Source of the DNA: Nanobdellota archaeon
GTDB taxonomy: Archaea > Nanobdellota > Nanobdellia > Pacearchaeales > GW2011-AR1
Direction: 5' to 3'
Assembly: GCA_018815925.1 (NCBI GenBank)
Contig: JAHIWS010000011.1
Span: 51,753-115,752 of the forward strand
DNA length: 64,000 bases
Below are positions 34,869 through 44,850 of the stretch, one piece after another. The position numbers and the translations under genes were made by a program. The notes under the pieces are model-generated. The model was not told the DNA's origin. It made no database searches and saw only the letters and a list, made by a program, of their open reading frames with translations. Positions within the stretch are counted from its first letter, which is position 1; each line of letters begins with the position of its first letter.

Positions 34869-35690
34869 ATGTTAAAAGAATTTCTTAGAGAGTCAATATC
34901 TATTATCGTCGGAAAACAATCAGATGAATTAACTGATTTACTTAATAACAAAAAACATGTTAATGAGTTCATTCTTGCTAAAAAATTGGATATAACTATA
35001 AATCAAACTAGAAATCTTTTATATAAAATAGCAGATTATGGTTTAGTTTCTTCTATTAGAAAAAAAGATAAGAAAAAAGGTTGGTATACTTATTTTTGGA
35101 AGATTGAAAATATTAAAGTTCTAGAATTTTTAAGGGATATTTTAATGAAAAGAATAGATCAGTTAAATAATCAAATTAAGAGTAGAGAGACAAAGATTTT
35201 TTATATTTGTGAAAGATGCAATATAGAATTTAATGAAGAAAATGCATTGGCTTATGATTTTACTTGTAATGAATGTGGTAGTGTTTTTGTAGTTAAAGAT
35301 AATTCTAAAATACTTAAAGAATTGAGGAGAAATTTATCTAAATTTAAGAATCAACTAAAATTAGTGGAACTGGAAGTTGAGGTAGAACAAAGTCAAATCG
35401 AGAAAAAAAGAGTAAAAGAAGTTAGGAAAAAAGAAAAAGAAAAGAAGTCAAAATCTGCTGCAAAAAGGAAAAAGACTAAGTTTGAGAAGAAATTATCTGC
35501 TAAGGAGAAATTGCCTAAAGGGGAAGAAATAGTTAAGAAGATTGTCAAAAAGAATCCTAAAAAAAATGTTAAACATAAGAAGATAAAAAAACCAACTAAA
35601 AAGAAAATTATTAAAAAATCTAAATCTAAAAAAGATTTTCCTAAATTTGGTTTGACTCGTCTAAAAGCCAAATCAAAGAAAAGAGGATAA
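34869..35690 (+). CDS. tfe: Transcription factor E (TFE/TFIIE-alpha homolog) with a long Lys-rich C-terminal tail
   Basis: ATG at 34869 (MLKEFLRESISIIVG...); the track start is further upstream. Winged helix: EFILAKKLDITINQTRNLLYKIADYGLV...GWYTYFW. Zn ribbon: CERC...CNEC. Confidence 0.8.
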   Translation: MLKEFLRESISIIVGKQSDELTDLLNNKKHVNEFILAKKLDITINQTRNLLYKIADYGLVSSIRKKDKKKGWYTYFWKIENIKVLEFLRDILMKRIDQLNNQIKSRETKIFYICERCNIEFNEENALAYDFTCNECGSVFVVKDNSKILKELRRNLSKFKNQLKLVELEVEVEQSQIEKKRVKEVRKKEKEKKSKSAAKRKKTKFEKKLSAKEKLPKGEEIVKKIVKKNPKKNVKHKKIKKPTKKKIIKKSKSKKDFPKFGLTRLKAKSKKRG

Positions 35691-35698
35691 TTTTGAAA

Positions 35699-36388
35699 AT
35701 GTCTGGTATTTATAGAGTTTATCCAAAATCAAGAAGGAATTTTTTATCAGGGTTAAGTGTTAATACAAATATTATTTTACTTAATGTTGTTGCATATATT
35801 GTTTTTTCTCTTTTGCTTTATTTAGAAATACTTCCAATAGATTCTATTGCTATAAAACCTTCTAATATTTTGGGAGGAAAATTTCTTTGGACTTTTTTAA
35901 CAAGTATGTTTATGCATGCTGGATTAATACATCTTTTTGTAAATATGTTCTCTTTATTTTTTATTGGAGGTTTAGTTCAGAGAATTTTGGGGCCTAAAAG
36001 GTATTTGTATTTTTATTTAATAGCAGGCTTGTTTGCAGCTTTGTTTTTTGTTTTAGGAGGGGTTATTTTTCCAGAGGATTTTGAGGCTTATGCTGTTGGA
36101 GCTTCTGGAGCTTTATTTGGTTTAGTGGGTTTATTAGTACTTTTAACTCCTAATCTCCCTGTTTATCTTATGTTTATTCCAATTCCCATAAAAATGAAAT
36201 ATGCTGGTCCTGGAATTTTAATTGTTTTATGGTTAATTTCTCAAGCTCCAGTTGTTTTTGGAGGTCAAAGGATTTCAATTGGCAATACTGCTCATCTTGG
36301 TGGATTTGTAATTGGTTTAATTTATGGCCTTTATCTTAAAAGTCATTATAAAAATAAAATAAGGATGATTGGAAAACATTTTAGTTAA
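35699..36388 (+). CDS. Rhomboid-family intramembrane serine protease
   Basis: GASGALFG catalytic Ser motif and AHLGGF catalytic His motif; six or more TM spans. The track start at 35693 is a TTG; the ATG is at 35699. Confidence 0.85.
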   Translation: MSGIYRVYPKSRRNFLSGLSVNTNIILLNVVAYIVFSLLLYLEILPIDSIAIKPSNILGGKFLWTFLTSMFMHAGLIHLFVNMFSLFFIGGLVQRILGPKRYLYFYLIAGLFAALFFVLGGVIFPEDFEAYAVGASGALFGLVGLLVLLTPNLPVYLMFIPIPIKMKYAGPGILIVLWLISQAPVVFGGQRISIGNTAHLGGFVIGLIYGLYLKSHYKNKIRMIGKHFS

Positions 36389-36390
36389 TA

Positions 36391-37164
36391 ATGAATAATA
36401 AAAAAGTTAAAAGAAAAAATATAAATAAGAAATACCAAGAAAATTTTAGATTTAATATTTGGATTGGTTTATTTTTATTTTCATTTATTTTGTTGCTTAT
36501 TAATTTTATAGCACAAAATCTTATAAAGTCTGATTTTTTTCCTTTGTTCCTTGAATATTTGTTGTTTTTAATTATTTTATTTTCTAGTTATGTGTATTTT
36601 TGGAAATTAGGAAGACCTTTTTTTAAGAGTAAGGAATTTATTAAATCATCTAGAATTTTTATTTATATTATTGTAGGAGTCTTTGTTTTTTTTGCTTTGT
36701 TTGGATTCTTTGTTCCTGTTCCAGAAGCTATTGGAGAAAAAATATTGGATTTTCTTAAACAGATTTTAGATCAAACCAAAGATATGTCTTATTTAGAATT
36801 AACTAAATTCATTTTTTTTAATAATTTGCAAAGTAGTTTTTTTGGAATTATTTTTGGAATTTTTTCTATTGTTCTGGCTATTCTTAATGGACTTTTATTA
36901 GGTTTTGTTTCTTCAATAGGTGTAAATTCAGAAGGATTTTTTATTTTGTGGAGACTTTTTCCTCATGGAATTTTTGAGTTGCCTGCTGTTTTTATTGCAC
37001 TTGGATTGGGTTTGAGGTTAGGACTTTTTGTATTTAGTTCTAAGAAAAGATATTTTTTTAAAAATAATCTTTTTAATTCTTTAAGGGTTTTTTTATTTGT
37101 TATTTTACCTTTATTAGGGTTAGCAGCTTTTATTGAATCTACTCTTATTTTTTTGGTGGGATAA
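36391..37164 (+). CDS. SpoIIM/DUF95-family membrane protein
   Basis: FPHGIFELPAVFIALG signature; multi-TM. Confidence 0.65.
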   Translation: MNNKKVKRKNINKKYQENFRFNIWIGLFLFSFILLLINFIAQNLIKSDFFPLFLEYLLFLIILFSSYVYFWKLGRPFFKSKEFIKSSRIFIYIIVGVFVFFALFGFFVPVPEAIGEKILDFLKQILDQTKDMSYLELTKFIFFNNLQSSFFGIIFGIFSIVLAILNGLLLGFVSSIGVNSEGFFILWRLFPHGIFELPAVFIALGLGLRLGLFVFSSKKRYFFKNNLFNSLRVFLFVILPLLGLAAFIESTLIFLVG

Positions 37165-37227
37165 GTTAATTTTATATACTCTTTTTTCTTATTAAAAGCA
37201 TCAAATTAAATAAAAAAGGAGGTTAAG

Positions 37228-37410
37228 ATGTGGTATGAAAAAACAGCTTTAGTTTTGGCCGCTATTGGTGCTATTAATTGGGGTCTTACTGAATTAGGTT
37301 GGAATGCAGTTGGAGCTCTTATAGGAAGTTGGAGTATTACTTTAGCTACAATAATTTACTATTTGGTAGGACTTTGTGGTATCTATGCCTTGGTTAAGGT
37401 TTTTAAATAA
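37228..37410 (+). CDS. DUF378-family small membrane protein
   Basis: SD AAAGGAGGT; LVLAAIGAINWGL motif; 60 aa with 2 TM spans. Confidence 0.65.
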   Translation: MWYEKTALVLAAIGAINWGLTELGWNAVGALIGSWSITLATIIYYLVGLCGIYALVKVFK

Positions 37411-37433
37411 TCTTAAATAAAAAGGAGGTTGAA

Positions 37434-37565
37434 ATGGAAGCTTGGCAAAAATGGGTGATTGTTGTTGCAGGTATTGTAGCTTTGCTTAATCACTGGGTAA
37501 TGGGTTACTGGTTAGATGTAATTGGTGGTGTGGTAGCAGCAATAGTTGCTTTAGTATCTAAATAA
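37434..37565 (+). CDS. Small 2-TM membrane protein (43 aa); not in the ORF track
   Basis: SD AAAGGAGGT 5 nt before the ATG. Sequence: MEAWQKWVIVVAGIVALLNHWVMGYWLDVIGGVVAAIVALVSK. Confidence 0.5.
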   Translation: MEAWQKWVIVVAGIVALLNHWVMGYWLDVIGGVVAAIVALVSK

Positions 37566-37634
37566 ACCTAAATTTATTTTTTTATATTTTATCTTTTTAA
37601 TTTGTATAATTTTTCTAGTAAGATTTTTTAGCTT

Positions 37635-37850
37635 TTAATCTTTTAAATCACTTATTCCTAGCATTATTAACAGAAGTCCAATCATAATTACAAACCAAAA
37701 TATTCCTCCTTTTAGGAATGTCCATGCTGCACTTAGGAAATTAAAATTTTTTCCAAAGAGGACCCATGAGTACATTGAGGAATACCATGCAATTAGGATA
37801 GCTCCTATTAAGAGGATTAGTCCCAATAAAAGTTCAGCCCATTTGTTCAT
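37635..37850 (-). CDS. Small 2-TM membrane protein (71 aa)
   Basis: Hydrophobic spans LLLGLILLIGAILIAWY and GGIFWFVIMIGLLLIMLGI. Confidence 0.5.
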   Translation of the reverse strand: MNKWAELLLGLILLIGAILIAWYSSMYSWVLFGKNFNFLSAAWTFLKGGIFWFVIMIGLLLIMLGISDLKD

Positions 37851-37943
37851 TGTATTCTTTTTTGTTCTCTTTCATTTAAAAAGATTTTTGTTCCTGAGTG
37901 TATATTACAAAATGTTTAAAAACAGGGTTTTTTATGTTTTTTA

Positions 37944-38936
37944 ATGAAAGAATCCGAGAAAATATCAAGAGAAGCTAGTTTGAAAAAATCAGAAGAAATT
38001 TTTGGAATCAATATAAAAGGTTATGATTTTAATAAGGGAGTTGATTATAATAAAATTCTTGATAGTTATTTGTCTACTGGTTTTCAGGCTAGTCATTTTG
38101 CAAAGGCAGTCGAAGTTATTAATAAGATGATTAAAGAAAAAGTCACAGTTTTTTTAGGTTGTAGTTCAAATCTTATAACTTCAGGAATTAGAGATGTTAT
38201 AAAATATTTGGCTGAACATAAGAAGATTGATGTTTTTGTTACAACAGCTGGGGGAATTGAAGAAGATATAATAAAATGTTTGGGAAGTTTTAAATTAGGA
38301 AAATTTTCTGACTCTGGAGAATTATTAAGAGAAAAAGGGGTTAATAGGACAGGAAATATCTTAATTCCCAATTCACGTTATGTAAAATATGAGGCTTTTT
38401 TAAACCCTATTTTAAAAAGAATTTATCAAGAACAAAAACAAACAGGAAAAATAATTTCTGTTTCAGAATTTGTTAAATTGTTGGGAAAAGAGATAAATAA
38501 TGAAGAGAGCATCCTATATTGGTGTTATAAAAATAATATTGATGTTTATTGTCCTGCAATTACTGATGGGAGTATTGGAGATATGATTCATTTTTTTATG
38601 TATGAACACCCTGATTTTAAAATAGATATTGTTTTTGATATACATAAACTTAATGAGTATAGTATTACAAGAGAAAAAACTGGAATGATTCTTTTGGGAA
38701 GTGGAATTATGAAACACCATATTTGTAATGCTAATTTAATGAGAAATGGAGCAGATTATGCTGTTTATATAAATACAGGAGAAGAATGGGATGGTGCTGA
38801 TTCAAATGCAAGACCTGATGAAGCTGTTTCTTGGGGGAAAATGAAAGGCAAAGGAGAAGCAATAAAAGTTTTTGGAGACGCTACTATTTTGTTTCCTTTA
38901 ATTGTTGCTAAATGTTTTGTTGAGAAAAGCTCTTAA
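37944..38936 (+). CDS. dys: Deoxyhypusine synthase
   Basis: VFVTTAGGIEEDIIK, AITDGSIGD, and GADSNARPDEAVSWGK near the C-terminus. Confidence 0.85.
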   Translation: MKESEKISREASLKKSEEIFGINIKGYDFNKGVDYNKILDSYLSTGFQASHFAKAVEVINKMIKEKVTVFLGCSSNLITSGIRDVIKYLAEHKKIDVFVTTAGGIEEDIIKCLGSFKLGKFSDSGELLREKGVNRTGNILIPNSRYVKYEAFLNPILKRIYQEQKQTGKIISVSEFVKLLGKEINNEESILYWCYKNNIDVYCPAITDGSIGDMIHFFMYEHPDFKIDIVFDIHKLNEYSITREKTGMILLGSGIMKHHICNANLMRNGADYAVYINTGEEWDGADSNARPDEAVSWGKMKGKGEAIKVFGDATILFPLIVAKCFVEKSS

Positions 38937-38958
38937 AGTCTTGTGTTTTTTCTTTTGT

Positions 38959-39999
38959 ATGTTAACTGATAAACAAATTAAAGAAATTAAGTTACATCTT
39001 GAAAAAGCTCAGAATCCTCTTTTTCTTTTTGATAATGATCCTGATGGGCTTTGTAGTTTTCTTTTATTGCAAAGATATATTGAAAGGGGAAAAGGATTTC
39101 CAATTAAATCTTTTCCTGAATTAAAGGCAGATTACATAAGAAAAATAAATGAATTGAATGCTGATTATGTTTTTATCTTGGATAAACCAGTAATTGAAAA
39201 AGAGTTTTGGGAAGAAATTCATAAAATAAATATACCTGTTGTTTGGATTGACCACCATGGAATTCAAGGAGAAACACCTGATTTTGTTAGTTATTATGAT
39301 CCTGTTTTAAATAATCCTTCTACTAATGAACCTGTTACTGCTCTTTGTTACCAAATAACTCAAAGAAAAAAAGATATTTGGTTAGCTGTTATTGGTTGTA
39401 TTTCAGATGCTTTTTTACCTGATTTTTATAAAGATTTTCAAGAAAAATATCCTGATTTAGCTGTTGATGCTAAAAAACCTTTCGATGTTTTATATAAGTC
39501 TGAAATAGGGAGGCTTGGAAAAATAATGGGTAATGGACTTAAAGATAAAACAACTAATGTTATTGCGATGTTGAAATTTTTAATGAAAGTTAAAAACCCT
39601 TATGAAGCTCTTGAAGAAACTTCTCAAAATTATTTAATGCATAAAAGGTTTAACGAAGTGGAACAGAAATATCAGAATATTTTGGAGAAAGCAAAAAAAG
39701 TAGCAGAGTCTTCTGAAAAAATTTTATTTTTTAAATATGCAGGTGATTTAAGTATGAGTGGAGAATTGTCTAATGAGTTGAGATATAATTTTCCAGATAA
39801 GATTATTGTTGTTGCTCATATTAAACCAGATAAAGTTAATCTTTCTATAAGGGGTAAAAAAATAAGGGAAAAATATTTGAAAATTATCAAGAGTATTGAG
39901 AGTGCAAGAGGGGGAGGTCATGAAGATGCTGTTGGTGGGCAAATGAGTTTTGGAGATCTTGAAAAATTTAGAAAAAAGTTTGAGGAGGAGTTTGGTTAG
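38959..39999 (+). CDS. DHH/DHHA1-family phosphoesterase (RecJ/NrnA-like)
   Basis: ATG at 38959 (MLTDKQIKE). DHH motifs: FDNDPDG and WIDHHG. DHHA1 motif: GGGHEDAVGG. Confidence 0.7.
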   Translation: MLTDKQIKEIKLHLEKAQNPLFLFDNDPDGLCSFLLLQRYIERGKGFPIKSFPELKADYIRKINELNADYVFILDKPVIEKEFWEEIHKINIPVVWIDHHGIQGETPDFVSYYDPVLNNPSTNEPVTALCYQITQRKKDIWLAVIGCISDAFLPDFYKDFQEKYPDLAVDAKKPFDVLYKSEIGRLGKIMGNGLKDKTTNVIAMLKFLMKVKNPYEALEETSQNYLMHKRFNEVEQKYQNILEKAKKVAESSEKILFFKYAGDLSMSGELSNELRYNFPDKIIVVAHIKPDKVNLSIRGKKIREKYLKIIKSIESARGGGHEDAVGGQMSFGDLEKFRKKFEEEFG

Positions 40000-40203
40000 T
40001 AGGATTTTTAAAGTTTTAATTATTCTTTAATGTATGGAATTTGTTGAAGGGGTAATATACGGGGGGATTTGTATTACAATGGGTGTTGTTTATGTTTTTG
40101 CTGAGAAAGGAATAGATTATCTTTTTGGAAAGAATAAACCCCTTTATTTTAGTAGTGAAAATATTAATAATTTTAGAAAATCTTTATTAGAAAAAAAAGT
40201 AAA

Positions 40204-41652
40204 TCAATAACTTTTCCCGACATATACCCAATAATCAGCTGGCTGATTTGTTGTTATGCATTTTTTTCCTTTAATAGGTGGTTGTTTTAAGGGCATGTTA
40301 AGTGTTTTTGCTCCTTTGAATTTTTCCTGAAGTAATTCTTCTGCTTTTGTAGAATTTTTTAAAGGAACTAAGACTAATTTTTGTTTTTGTAATTTATTTA
40401 AAGTATCTTTTAAATTATCTGATTTATCTAAGGCATTTTTTAGTAATTTATTTGCCTTGTTGAATAGATTATTTTGGATTTCTTTTAGAGTTAAATCTAT
40501 TTGTTTTTGTAAGTTAGTTATTTTGGTAATCTTTTTTTCAGAAGTATCTCTTCTTATTATTACTGCTTGTTTGCTTTTTAGGTCTTTTGGACCTATTTCA
40601 ATTCTTATTGGTATTCCTTTGAGTTCCCACTCATGAAATTTAAAACCAGGGGTAACTTCTGATCTGTCGTCGAGAATAGGATCATATTTAGATAATTGTT
40701 TAAATATTTTTTTTGATTGGTCTAGAATTTTTTTGTCTTTTTCAGAACTAATTGGAACAATTACTATCTTATTTTGGGCTACTTGAGGAGGTAGTACAAC
40801 ACCTTTATTGTCAGAATGAAGAGCAAACATGACTCCCAACATTCTTGTGGAAATTGCCCATGTATTTTGCCACACATATTCTTCTTTTTCATCTTTTGTT
40901 TTGAATTTAATATTATAGGCTTTTGCAAAGTTTTGCCCATCATGATGAAAATCAGGTCCTTGTATTGCTTTTCCATTTGGCAAATAACTTTCTATCGTTA
41001 AAGTGTATTCTGCTCCTGCAAATTTTTCTTTATCTGTTTTTTTACCTATTATGCCTGGAATTGCTAAATAATCCTCTAGAATTTCTTTGTATATATTTAT
41101 GATTTGTATAGCTTCTTTTTCTGCTTCTTGTTTTGTTGCAAAAGCTGTATGTCCTTCATTAAATACAAATTCTCTTGTTCTGAAAAATGGAATAGGGTGT
41201 TTGAATTCCCATCTTACAACATTACTCCATTGATTGTATTTTAAAGGAAGATCTCTCCAAGATCTAATCCATTTTGAATAAGATTCATACATTATTGCTT
41301 CTGAAGTTGGTCTTATTGCTAACCTTTCTTGAAGTTTTGTATTTCCTGCTTGAGTAACCCATGCAACCTCAGGACTAAAACCTTTCACATGCTCTTGTTC
41401 TTTTTTAAGAAGAGATTCTGGGATAAATAATGGAAAATAAACATTTTTTACATTTATTTTTTTAAGTCTTTTGTCTACTTCATCTCTTATTTTTTCCCAA
41501 ATTTGCCATGCAGTAGGTCTAAATACAATACACCCTGATACAGAAGTATAGCCTGCTAATTCTGCCTTTAATATTAATTGTTGATACCACTCTGAAAAAT
41601 TTTCTTCTTTTTTTGCTGTGAGACCTTCATTAGATTTCTTGTTTTCTGTCAT
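40204..41652 (-). CDS. proS: Prolyl-tRNA synthetase, archaeal/eukaryotic type
   Basis: FSEWYQQLILKAEL, RPTSEAIMYESYSKWIRSWRDLPLKYNQWSNVVRWE, and a C-terminal Zn-binding-type domain ending in Y. Confidence 0.9.
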   Translation of the reverse strand: MTENKKSNEGLTAKKEENFSEWYQQLILKAELAGYTSVSGCIVFRPTAWQIWEKIRDEVDKRLKKINVKNVYFPLFIPESLLKKEQEHVKGFSPEVAWVTQAGNTKLQERLAIRPTSEAIMYESYSKWIRSWRDLPLKYNQWSNVVRWEFKHPIPFFRTREFVFNEGHTAFATKQEAEKEAIQIINIYKEILEDYLAIPGIIGKKTDKEKFAGAEYTLTIESYLPNGKAIQGPDFHHDGQNFAKAYNIKFKTKDEKEEYVWQNTWAISTRMLGVMFALHSDNKGVVLPPQVAQNKIVIVPISSEKDKKILDQSKKIFKQLSKYDPILDDRSEVTPGFKFHEWELKGIPIRIEIGPKDLKSKQAVIIRRDTSEKKITKITNLQKQIDLTLKEIQNNLFNKANKLLKNALDKSDNLKDTLNKLQKQKLVLVPLKNSTKAEELLQEKFKGAKTLNMPLKQPPIKGKKCITTNQPADYWVYVGKSY

Positions 41653-41731
41653 GTTTGGTAAAAGAATAAAAGGTATTTAAGATTAACTCTGTTTTAGTAA
41701 TTTTTATAAAGATAGAAATATTTTTATTTTT

Positions 41732-42046
41732 ATGGGGAAGATGATTAAGTTTGATGATGTTAAATATGTAAGGGAAAAATTGAAAAATGGAGAGTTTGTT
41801 ATATCTAATAGAAATATTTATGATATGTCTTTGGGAGGAAATTTACACATATTATATCGAGATTGTTATCCAAAATCTGTTTATGATAGAAATGTTCCTG
41901 GAGAAAATAAGTTTAACCACGTATTGCCTTGTGGTTATTTATGGGGAAACACTCTTAGTGGATTTTGTTGTATAGAATTTATTGATAATAAAAATATTCT
42001 TATTAAAGTTTCTCAATTAGTAATGGAAGAATTTTTAGACTTATAA
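41732..42046 (+). CDS. Hypothetical protein (104 aa)
   Basis: Open frame only. Confidence 0.4.
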   Translation: MGKMIKFDDVKYVREKLKNGEFVISNRNIYDMSLGGNLHILYRDCYPKSVYDRNVPGENKFNHVLPCGYLWGNTLSGFCCIEFIDNKNILIKVSQLVMEEFLDL

Positions 42047-42060
42047 TCTTGGATATACTT

Positions 42061-42924
42061 TTACACTAAAGTTTCGTTTAAAACATTTAAAGCAATTTTA
42101 TTTACACTTTCTTTTATATAATTGCTTTCAAGTGCAAATCCAAGACTTTCACCTGTTCCTATTTTAAAATTATTAATTCCTATGACTCTTCCTTGTTTAT
42201 CTATTAAAGGACCTCCTGAATTTCCAGGATTTAAAGCAGCATCTGTTTGAATATATGCTTCTATTTGACTTGGTCCTGGTCTATGAACCCCAGAGACAAT
42301 TCCTTCTGTTACTGAAAATTGTAATCCTAATGGATTCCCTATTGCTATTACTTTTTCTCCTATTTGAATATTGTTTGAATTTCCTAATTTTAATTCATCA
42401 TAATCTTCTCCAAATATTCTTAGTAAAGCTATATCTAGGTCTCCATCATAACCAATAAAAGTTGCGTCGTGTACTTTTTGTTCAGAGGTAAATGCTTGAA
42501 CTTGTCTTCCCCCTACTAAAACGTGTGCATTTGTTACAATATATCCATCATCTGAAATTAAAAATCCTGTTCCTTGTCCAACATCTGTTCTTATTGTTAC
42601 AACACCTTTGATTACCTCTTCAATTATTCCTGAGAAATCTTCTCCTGCTGAGGCTTTTAAAGTATCCATTTCATGGCCAATTGAACCTAATTTTAAATCT
42701 AAGGTATTTACTGTTTCTTCTAATGTTGTTTTAGTTTGAATAAGATTTGTAGTTAGAGTATTTATGTTGCTTTGTGTGTCTGTTATTTTTTGATTTAAAG
42801 AATTGTATTGAATATTTTGTTTTATGAACATTGAATACATAAATATTCCACTAGTGATCATGTAAAGAATTACTATACTACTGAAGCTTCCAATTATCCA
42901 CTTATGGTGTTTTTTTAATCGCAT
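42061..42924 (-). CDS. Membrane-anchored HtrA/DegP-like trypsin-fold serine protease without a PDZ domain
   Basis: N-terminal TM, then coiled coil. Catalytic triad contexts: TNAHV, DLDIALLRI, GNSGGPLID. Confidence 0.8.
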   Translation of the reverse strand: MRLKKHHKWIIGSFSSIVILYMITSGIFMYSMFIKQNIQYNSLNQKITDTQSNINTLTTNLIQTKTTLEETVNTLDLKLGSIGHEMDTLKASAGEDFSGIIEEVIKGVVTIRTDVGQGTGFLISDDGYIVTNAHVLVGGRQVQAFTSEQKVHDATFIGYDGDLDIALLRIFGEDYDELKLGNSNNIQIGEKVIAIGNPLGLQFSVTEGIVSGVHRPGPSQIEAYIQTDAALNPGNSGGPLIDKQGRVIGINNFKIGTGESLGFALESNYIKESVNKIALNVLNETLV

Positions 42925-42992
42925 TTTTTTAATATATATTTTAAAATACCAAGATATAAAAATGATTTGGTTTTTATATTCTTATAACAAAA

Positions 42993-43064
42993 AGGCTCGT
43001 CGTTCAATGGATAGGATTTTCGGTTTCGGCCCGATAGATGGGGGTTCGAATCCCCCCGAGCCTA
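42993..43064 (+). tRNA. tRNA-Arg (anticodon TCG), 72 nt, no intron
   Basis: Hand fold. Acceptor AGGCTCG/CGAGCCT plus A, D arm GTTC-AATGGATA-GGAT (two G-U pairs), anticodon arm TTCGG-TTTCGGC-CCGAT (27-43 mismatch), 4-nt variable loop, T arm GGGGG-TTCGAAT-CCCCC. Confidence 0.75.
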
Positions 43065-43169
43065 TGGGTGTGAATTTTAATTCGCGCACATTGACGGAAT
43101 CTTTGATTTCAGTCTTTGTAGGACATAGGTAAAATCGTGCTACTTTCGATGCGAGTCGCTTAGAAGAAA

Positions 43170-44435
43170 ATGAAGAATAAAGCAGTTCCAGGAGATTTTG
43201 TAGAAATTCATCTAGATAAAATCATTTATGAAGGAACACTTTTAGAAAGTCCTGAAGATGAAAAAGCCATTGTATTGTTAAAACTAGGAACAGGTTATAA
43301 TATTGGTTTTAATAAAAAAGATATTTGTGAGATAAAACTTTTAGAAAGAAGTGAAGAAGAAAAAGAAGAGATTAAAATAAAAGTTGAGAAGAATAAACCA
43401 AATATTGCTATGATTATTACTGGGGGCACTATTGCTTCAAAATTTGATTCTAAAAAAGGGGGAGTTAGTCCTTTGAATTCTTCTGAGGATTTATTTAAGT
43501 TTTATCCAGAAATATTTAAGATAGCTAATGTTTCTAGAGTGGAAGTTCCTTTTATGAAGTTTTCTAATGATATGGATTTTAAGGATTGGCAAAAATTAGC
43601 TAAGATTTCTGAGAAATTGTTAAATGATTCAAATATTAAAGGTATAATAATTACACATGGAACAGATACTTTACATTATACTTCTGCTGCTCTTAGTTTC
43701 TTTTTAGGTAAAGTTAGTAAACCAGTTGTTTTAACTTATTCTCAGAGAAGTATTGATAGGGCGAGTAGTGATGCTAATCTTAATCTTCAGTGTGCTGCTT
43801 TAGCTGCTATTTCAAATATTGCAGAAGTTATGCTGGTGGGCCATGCTTCTTCAAATGATAATTTTTGTTATGCAATGCCTGGAACTAAAGTTAGAAAATT
43901 ACATAGTTCAAAAAGAGATGCTTTTAAAGTTATAAATTCAAAACCTTTTGCTAAAATTTATTCTGATAAAATTGAAATTCTTGAAAAACATAATCTAAGA
44001 AGTAAAGGAAAAGTTAAAGGTGATTTTAATTTTGAAGAGAAAGTTGGTTTAATTAAATTTTATCCTGGACAAGATCCAGATATTTTAGATTATTACATAA
44101 AAAAAGGATATAAAGGAATAGTTATTGAATTTTTGGGATTAGGTCAAATTGCAGGTAAAGGAGCTAGATTGTCTTGGCTAAATAAGTTAAAAGAAGTTCA
44201 GAAAAAGGGTTTGGTGGTTTGTGCTGCTGCTCAGACAATATACGGTAGGCTTAATCCTATGGTTTATAGTGATGGTAGGGAATTTTTGAAAACAGGAATT
44301 ATTTATTTAAGGGATATGTTGGCTGAGACAGCTTATGTAAAATTAGGTTGGGTGTTGGGTCATCCTAAATGGAATGTTAAAGAAAAAATGCTTGAGAATG
44401 TAAGCAGGGAATTTAGTGATAGGTTGGAAAAATGA
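43170..44435 (+). CDS. gatD: Glu-tRNA(Gln) amidotransferase subunit D
   Basis: Asparaginase-like motifs ITGGTIAS and THGTDTL, plus the GatD-specific N-terminal domain. 421 aa. Confidence 0.85.
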   Translation: MKNKAVPGDFVEIHLDKIIYEGTLLESPEDEKAIVLLKLGTGYNIGFNKKDICEIKLLERSEEEKEEIKIKVEKNKPNIAMIITGGTIASKFDSKKGGVSPLNSSEDLFKFYPEIFKIANVSRVEVPFMKFSNDMDFKDWQKLAKISEKLLNDSNIKGIIITHGTDTLHYTSAALSFFLGKVSKPVVLTYSQRSIDRASSDANLNLQCAALAAISNIAEVMLVGHASSNDNFCYAMPGTKVRKLHSSKRDAFKVINSKPFAKIYSDKIEILEKHNLRSKGKVKGDFNFEEKVGLIKFYPGQDPDILDYYIKKGYKGIVIEFLGLGQIAGKGARLSWLNKLKEVQKKGLVVCAAAQTIYGRLNPMVYSDGREFLKTGIIYLRDMLAETAYVKLGWVLGHPKWNVKEKMLENVSREFSDRLEK

Positions 44436-44833
44436 AAAAATCTTATTTAATTTTAATTAGCATTGTTGTTTTAATAATATTAGTTTTATTTATTAGGTTT
44501 TTTATTGGAGGAAGTGAAGATTCTTGGATAAAAGATAAAAGAGGAGTTTGGATAAAGCATGGCGTTCCTTCTGATATACCTTATTATGTATTAATTCAGC
44601 AAAAAATTGTTGATGAGGCTATAAAATTGTATGAAGATAAAAAGAGTAGAGGTACTGAATTTAATAGTCAGTGTCTTGGAATTGTTGATAATTATGCAAT
44701 TGATATTGTTCATATTCCTAGGATAGCGGAGGATGATTTAGTTGAGAATCAGTGTGAGGATTATAGGAGTGGACAGGTTAGTAATTTTATTGAATTAGAT
44801 AAAGATGGAGATGTTGTGAAAATTAAGGATTAA
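44432..44833 (+). CDS. Hypothetical N-terminally anchored protein (133 aa)
   Basis: ATGA start/stop overlap with gatD. TM: LILISIVVLIILVLFIRFFI. Confidence 0.5.
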   Translation: MKKSYLILISIVVLIILVLFIRFFIGGSEDSWIKDKRGVWIKHGVPSDIPYYVLIQQKIVDEAIKLYEDKKSRGTEFNSQCLGIVDNYAIDIVHIPRIAEDDLVENQCEDYRSGQVSNFIELDKDGDVVKIKD

Positions 44834-44850
44834 TTGTTTTCTTTTGGGAA

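Noticed and set aside
35693-42924. Rhomboid (35699..36388) and HtrA-like (42061..42924) proteases as dedicated processing enzymes for the HTH/RHH-bearing adhesins
   Set aside because: They lie 13-20 kb from the island among housekeeping genes, and both families are common. There is no positional or sequence evidence for a specific link, so I mention them only as candidates.
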